Shown: piece by piece, positions 60,657 to 64,000 of the stretch
Numbering within the stretch: the first letter of the stretch is position 1
Layout: each line of letters begins with the position of its first letter
Assembly: GCA_025966365.1 (NCBI GenBank)
Contig: JAICWV010000001.1
Location: forward strand, 911 to 64,910
From: Chloroflexota bacterium
GTDB lineage: Bacteria > Chloroflexota > UBA5177
Reading direction: 5' to 3'
DNA: 64,000 bases
The notes under the pieces: generated by a model
What the model was told of the DNA's origin: nothing
The model's input: the letters and a program-made list of their open reading frames with translations, nothing else
The model's database searches: none
Program-made: the position numbers and the translations under genes

Positions 60657-62294
60657 ATGCACCTTGGAAACCTGAATCTTTCGACCTATCTCCGCTATAC
60701 GCGTCTCTGGATTCTCTTCGCTGTCCTGCCCGCTCTGGTCGCGGGAGCCCTGGGCTATCTGAACACCAGGGCGCAGCCGAAGACGTACAACGCCTCCGCG
60801 TCTCTCTACGTGCAGCAGCCGACACAGAGCGGCATCGGCGTCAGTGGGGTGCAGGACCTGTATGCCAGCAGCCAGTTGGCTCAGACATACAGCCAGCTCG
60901 CGGTGCAGCCGACCGTCGAAGCGGCAGCCGACGTGCTGCTGGCGAAGAAGTATCCTGGATACCGGATCGAGGATCACGGCCTCCAGAGCGCCCCTGCCAG
61001 CATTCAGCAACAGACTCCTCTGATCATCCTCAGCCTGTCGGACACGGTGCCCAAGCGTGCGGCTGATGCGGTCAACGCGGCCAGCCGCGCATTCATCGGT
61101 CGCATCGATCAATTCAACCAGCTTCGCTTTGCCACCGATGACCAGGCACTGTCGGCTCAGATCGGCAAGCAGAAGGCGGCGATCAACAAGATTCTGGGCC
61201 AGATCGCAGTCTATAGAGGGCCGACAAGCGGCCTGGATGGTCTGAAGACGGCCCTCAGTGCCTACCAATCGACGTATCAGTCGCTCGTCTCGTCTCAGCA
61301 GCAACTGCGTATCGAGCGCGACATCTCGTCGAGCACCATCAACGTCTATTCCAGGGCCACACCGCCCACATCGCCAACCGGTCCTCACCCGACGCGCACA
61401 GCACTCTACTGGGCGCTGCTCGTGCTCCTGGCCGGATCGGCAGCGGTGTATGGATACGAGTATTTGAGTGACCTGCCGGCAACGCCGGAAGAGGTGAGTG
61501 AGATCGCGGGGGCTCCAGTCCTGGCGGCGATCCCGGCCGCACGCGGTCGCCGGGCGCGGCGCCGCCTCATCGAGGAAGGTCAAGCCCAGCCGCTCGACGA
61601 CGAGGGATACCGCCTGATCCGGACCAACATTCAGTTCGCCAGCATCGATCGTCCGCCACACACCTTGCTGGTCACCAGCGCGCTTCCCGGCGAGGGCAAG
61701 ACGACCACGGCATCCAACCTGGCGCTGGCATTTGCCGATGGCGGCCGATCGGTCATCCTGGTGGACGGCGATTTGCGCCGCCCCTCGATGCACCATCTGT
61801 TCGACACTCGGTCGGCCAACGGCCTGACCCAGCTTATTCTGTCGGTGCAGACAAACGGGCATCGGCCGGGTCATGAGGTATACCGCAACCTGGCCGTGAT
61901 TCCAGCCGGTCCCCTTCCGCCCAATCCTGCCGATATCCTCGGCTCCACCCGGATGGTCGAACTGGTCCGCAATCTGCGCGGGCATTCCGAGGTCGTCATC
62001 ATCGATGCTCCTCCCGTTCTGGCGGCATCAGACGCGGCCATCCTCTCCACCCTCGTGGATGGGGTGATCCTCGTGGTCGATCTGCACAAGACCAAGCGCC
62101 GGGAGATCAGGCGAGCGCGCGAGGCGATCGAGGCAGTCAACGCCAGGTTTATGGGCGTCGTCATCAACCGCTTCCAGGTGCGCGACCGCTCGTACTATTA
62201 CGAGTATTCCGAGAGCTATGGAGCGAAGAGGACACCCGGCGGCCCGCCGGACAGCAGGGATGCGAGCCCGTCGCTGCCCAGTTCCCTTCGCTAG
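60657..62294 (+). CDS. polysaccharide co-polymerase / tyrosine autokinase (Wzc/BY-kinase)
   Basis: N-terminal Wzz-like domain with two TM helices. CpsD-like ATPase with Walker A SALPGEGKTTTASNLA and DxD. C-terminal tyrosine cluster YYYEYSESYG. Confidence 0.85.
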   Translation: MHLGNLNLSTYLRYTRLWILFAVLPALVAGALGYLNTRAQPKTYNASASLYVQQPTQSGIGVSGVQDLYASSQLAQTYSQLAVQPTVEAAADVLLAKKYPGYRIEDHGLQSAPASIQQQTPLIILSLSDTVPKRAADAVNAASRAFIGRIDQFNQLRFATDDQALSAQIGKQKAAINKILGQIAVYRGPTSGLDGLKTALSAYQSTYQSLVSSQQQLRIERDISSSTINVYSRATPPTSPTGPHPTRTALYWALLVLLAGSAAVYGYEYLSDLPATPEEVSEIAGAPVLAAIPAARGRRARRRLIEEGQAQPLDDEGYRLIRTNIQFASIDRPPHTLLVTSALPGEGKTTTASNLALAFADGGRSVILVDGDLRRPSMHHLFDTRSANGLTQLILSVQTNGHRPGHEVYRNLAVIPAGPLPPNPADILGSTRMVELVRNLRGHSEVVIIDAPPVLAASDAAILSTLVDGVILVVDLHKTKRREIRRAREAIEAVNARFMGVVINRFQVRDRSYYYEYSESYGAKRTPGGPPDSRDASPSLPSSLR

Positions 62295-62537
62295 CTCCCA
62301 TGGCCCCTGATTGACCCAGTTGTCAATTTAGGGGGTGACAACTGTCTCATTCGGTGGTACAGTGGTCACGGTCAAAAGTCCCAGCAATCCGAGGACGTAA
62401 GTCCTGGCTGGTCTTTGCGTGATCCATAGGAGGTATGGAAGGGACCGGCGGGAAGGAAAGGGAAAGGCCCAGCCTGTGGTCTGGTTGGGGGGGACAGAAC
62501 GGTGGATATAGTTCGTCTGGTTGCTGCGGGTGTGGAC

Positions 62538-63650
62538 ATGCCCCTCATCGCCGCAGCACTTCTGGTAACGGTGGCCTCGTACGTCGGGGTCGCGTTGGTT
62601 CGATTCTATGCCCCGCGCGTCGGCTTTTTCGATCTGCCCAATGAGCGGAGCTCGCACGCTCGTCCAATACCTTCCGGCGGCGGTCTTGCCTTTGCCGTCA
62701 TCACCCTTGGCGCCTGGTGGTGGTTGCTCGAGTTCCATCCGAGCATTCCCCTGGTTCAGGCGGTCAGGACGCAGCACGCGCTGGCCTTTATCATTGCCGG
62801 CGCCCTCATCGCCGGAATCAGCCTGATCGACGATCTCGGTCATGTGCCGGTCGTCTTCCGACTGGCGGTCCATGCCATCGGGGCGGCGGTCTTTGTCGCG
62901 TTCTTCGCGTGGTGGTCAGCGCTGAATCTGCCACTCCTGGGCTGGGTCACCCTGGGAACCGCCGGGGTATTCATCTCGATCTTCTGGATCGTCGGCATGG
63001 TCAATGCCTACAACTTCATCGACGGTCTCGACGGAATGGCCGGTGGCCAGGCGGCCGCAGCCGGGCTTGGGTGGGTGGCTCTGGGCTTCTCAACCGGCCA
63101 CTTCGCCATCGAAGCCATGGGTGCTCTGCTTGCCGCCAGCAGTATTGGGTTCCTCTTCCACAACTGGCACCCTGCCAGGATCTTTATGGGAGACGTGGGC
63201 AGTACCTTCCTGGGATTCTGCTTTGCCATTCTGCCGATCATCGCCGCTCAATACGATCCACGATTGGCGCTGGCGGGCGTGCTTCTCGTGTGGCCCGCAC
63301 TCTTCGATACCGGCTTTACCATCGTCAATCGCCTGCGCCGCGGCGAGAACGTCTTTACCGGGCACAAAGAGTTCCTCTTTCACCGCCTGGTAGCAGCTGG
63401 ATGGAGCCATGCCGCCGCATCCACGCTCTATTTCACGCTGCCGCTGGCTGGAGCAGGCCTGGCCTTCACCTGGCAGTACGGAAGCACGTCGCTGCACGTC
63501 GCTGCGTTGTGCTCCATCGTGCTTCTCTGCGTTGGTCTCTGGGCACTCGTCCGCGACCAGGAGAAGCGACACCTGGCGCAGCTGCAGGAAGTTCCCTCGG
63601 CCGACAGCATGCGGCCGGAACCCGCCAGGAGAGTGGCCGGGCGGGTCTAG
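62538..63650 (+). CDS. UDP-HexNAc:polyprenyl-phosphate HexNAc-1-phosphate transferase (WecA/MraY family)
   Basis: About 10-11 TM helices. Conserved motifs NAYNFIDGLDG and MGDVGS. Confidence 0.85.
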   Translation: MPLIAAALLVTVASYVGVALVRFYAPRVGFFDLPNERSSHARPIPSGGGLAFAVITLGAWWWLLEFHPSIPLVQAVRTQHALAFIIAGALIAGISLIDDLGHVPVVFRLAVHAIGAAVFVAFFAWWSALNLPLLGWVTLGTAGVFISIFWIVGMVNAYNFIDGLDGMAGGQAAAAGLGWVALGFSTGHFAIEAMGALLAASSIGFLFHNWHPARIFMGDVGSTFLGFCFAILPIIAAQYDPRLALAGVLLVWPALFDTGFTIVNRLRRGENVFTGHKEFLFHRLVAAGWSHAAASTLYFTLPLAGAGLAFTWQYGSTSLHVAALCSIVLLCVGLWALVRDQEKRHLAQLQEVPSADSMRPEPARRVAGRV

Positions 63651-63717
63651 CGCCGTCGCCTATCAATTGTCTTGACCCGGGATGCCCGGCTCCATATCAT
63701 GGCAAGGTAGTGCCGGT

Positions 63718-64000
63718 ATGGGGGGAGTGGTGGTCACAAACGTCGAGACGGCACGACCGGCGGAACAGGTCTGGCTCGTCACCTGGCTGATCATGGGCGC
63801 CATTCTGGTGGCGTCGTGCGCCTGGGCGGTTGCGGAGCTCCTGCCGGGCGTGGGGTTCGCGGTGGTTTCGCCGTCGCTGCAGGTTGGAGTCGAGGCGGCG
63901 GGCGCCATCATCCGGCTGTTCGCGGCGCTGGTGCTCTTCCTCCTCCCGACCCGGCGGAACCCCGAGCGTGTCCGCTGGATCGCGCTTGGGCTCCTCACAC
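63718..64000 (+). CDS. membrane protein, 3'-truncated at the window end
   Basis: ATG followed by two hydrophobic helices (LVTWLIMGAILVASCAWAVAELL; IIRLFAALVLFLL). No stop before the window edge. Confidence 0.35.
   Translation, partial: MGGVVVTNVETARPAEQVWLVTWLIMGAILVASCAWAVAELLPGVGFAVVSPSLQVGVEAAGAIIRLFAALVLFLLPTRRNPERVRWIALGLLT

Overview
This is a high-GC (~68%) bacterial window, densely coding, with a composition typical of Chloroflexi or Actinobacteria. I found no rRNA, tRNA, CRISPR array or transposase.

Gene content in order:
- **1–8.5 kb, housekeeping.** A partial MarR regulator, aconitase A (acnA), a CobW/COG0523 GTPase, a TPR-AAA ATPase with a TPR membrane partner, a PhzF-family isomerase and methionine aminopeptidase.
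- **8.5–17.7 kb.** A 1040-aa protein with two FAD-oxidoreductase domains and C-terminal HEAT-like repeats, and a CorA-like transporter that carries G-P-S where the GMN motif should be. These are followed by a glycogen-debranching-like glycosidase, a frameshifted excisionase-type HTH gene, galactokinase (galK) and a secreted T/P-rich protein with an Ig-like domain.
- **18–46 kb, a glycan-assembly island.** A GGDEF-EAL protein and a CpsB-type tyrosine phosphatase come first, then a divergent transglutaminase-like gene and asnB. After these runs a ~22 kb same-strand operon with frequent ATGA/GTGA start-stop overlaps. It holds a Wzm/Wzt ABC exporter whose Wzt carries a C-terminal binding extension, an FkbM methyltransferase and about 13 glycosyltransferases (GT4/GT2). 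It also contains a Wzy/WaaL-like polytopic membrane protein and a NodU/CmcH carbamoyltransferase.
- **46–56 kb.** An adenylyl cyclase–NB-ARC–TPR STAND protein, a secreted PQQ-like beta-propeller and an acidic secreted protein, followed by a DUF4012-like membrane protein and a sortase fused to NHL repeats.
- **60.6–64 kb.** A Wzc-type tyrosine autokinase, a WecA/MraY-family initiating transferase and a partial membrane protein.

The locus I consider the novel candidate lies at 56.2–60.5 kb. A PqqD-like (RiPP recognition element) domain sits in one reading frame with an internal twin-arginine-like signal peptide and a 68-residue C-terminal domain holding 16 cysteines. Next come a MauE/DoxX domain fused to two thioredoxin-like domains, then an HPr-kinase-related kinase and a PF14907-type nucleotidyltransferase. 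Overlapping starts and stops suggest translational coupling across the operon. The set resembles the catalogued but uncharacterised 'HPr-rel-A' triad, meaning PqqD, an HprK-like kinase and a nucleotidyltransferase. That triad is also seen as tailoring genes in some lasso-peptide clusters. Here it appears without a lasso cyclase or protease. It is instead joined to a cysteine-rich candidate substrate and a MauE/MauD-like oxidative-folding module. I read it as a candidate system for maturing a modified, disulfide-rich peptide.

All calls rest on my own reading of motifs and on hand translation. Database matches are from recollection, and coordinates of small motifs may be off by a base or two.
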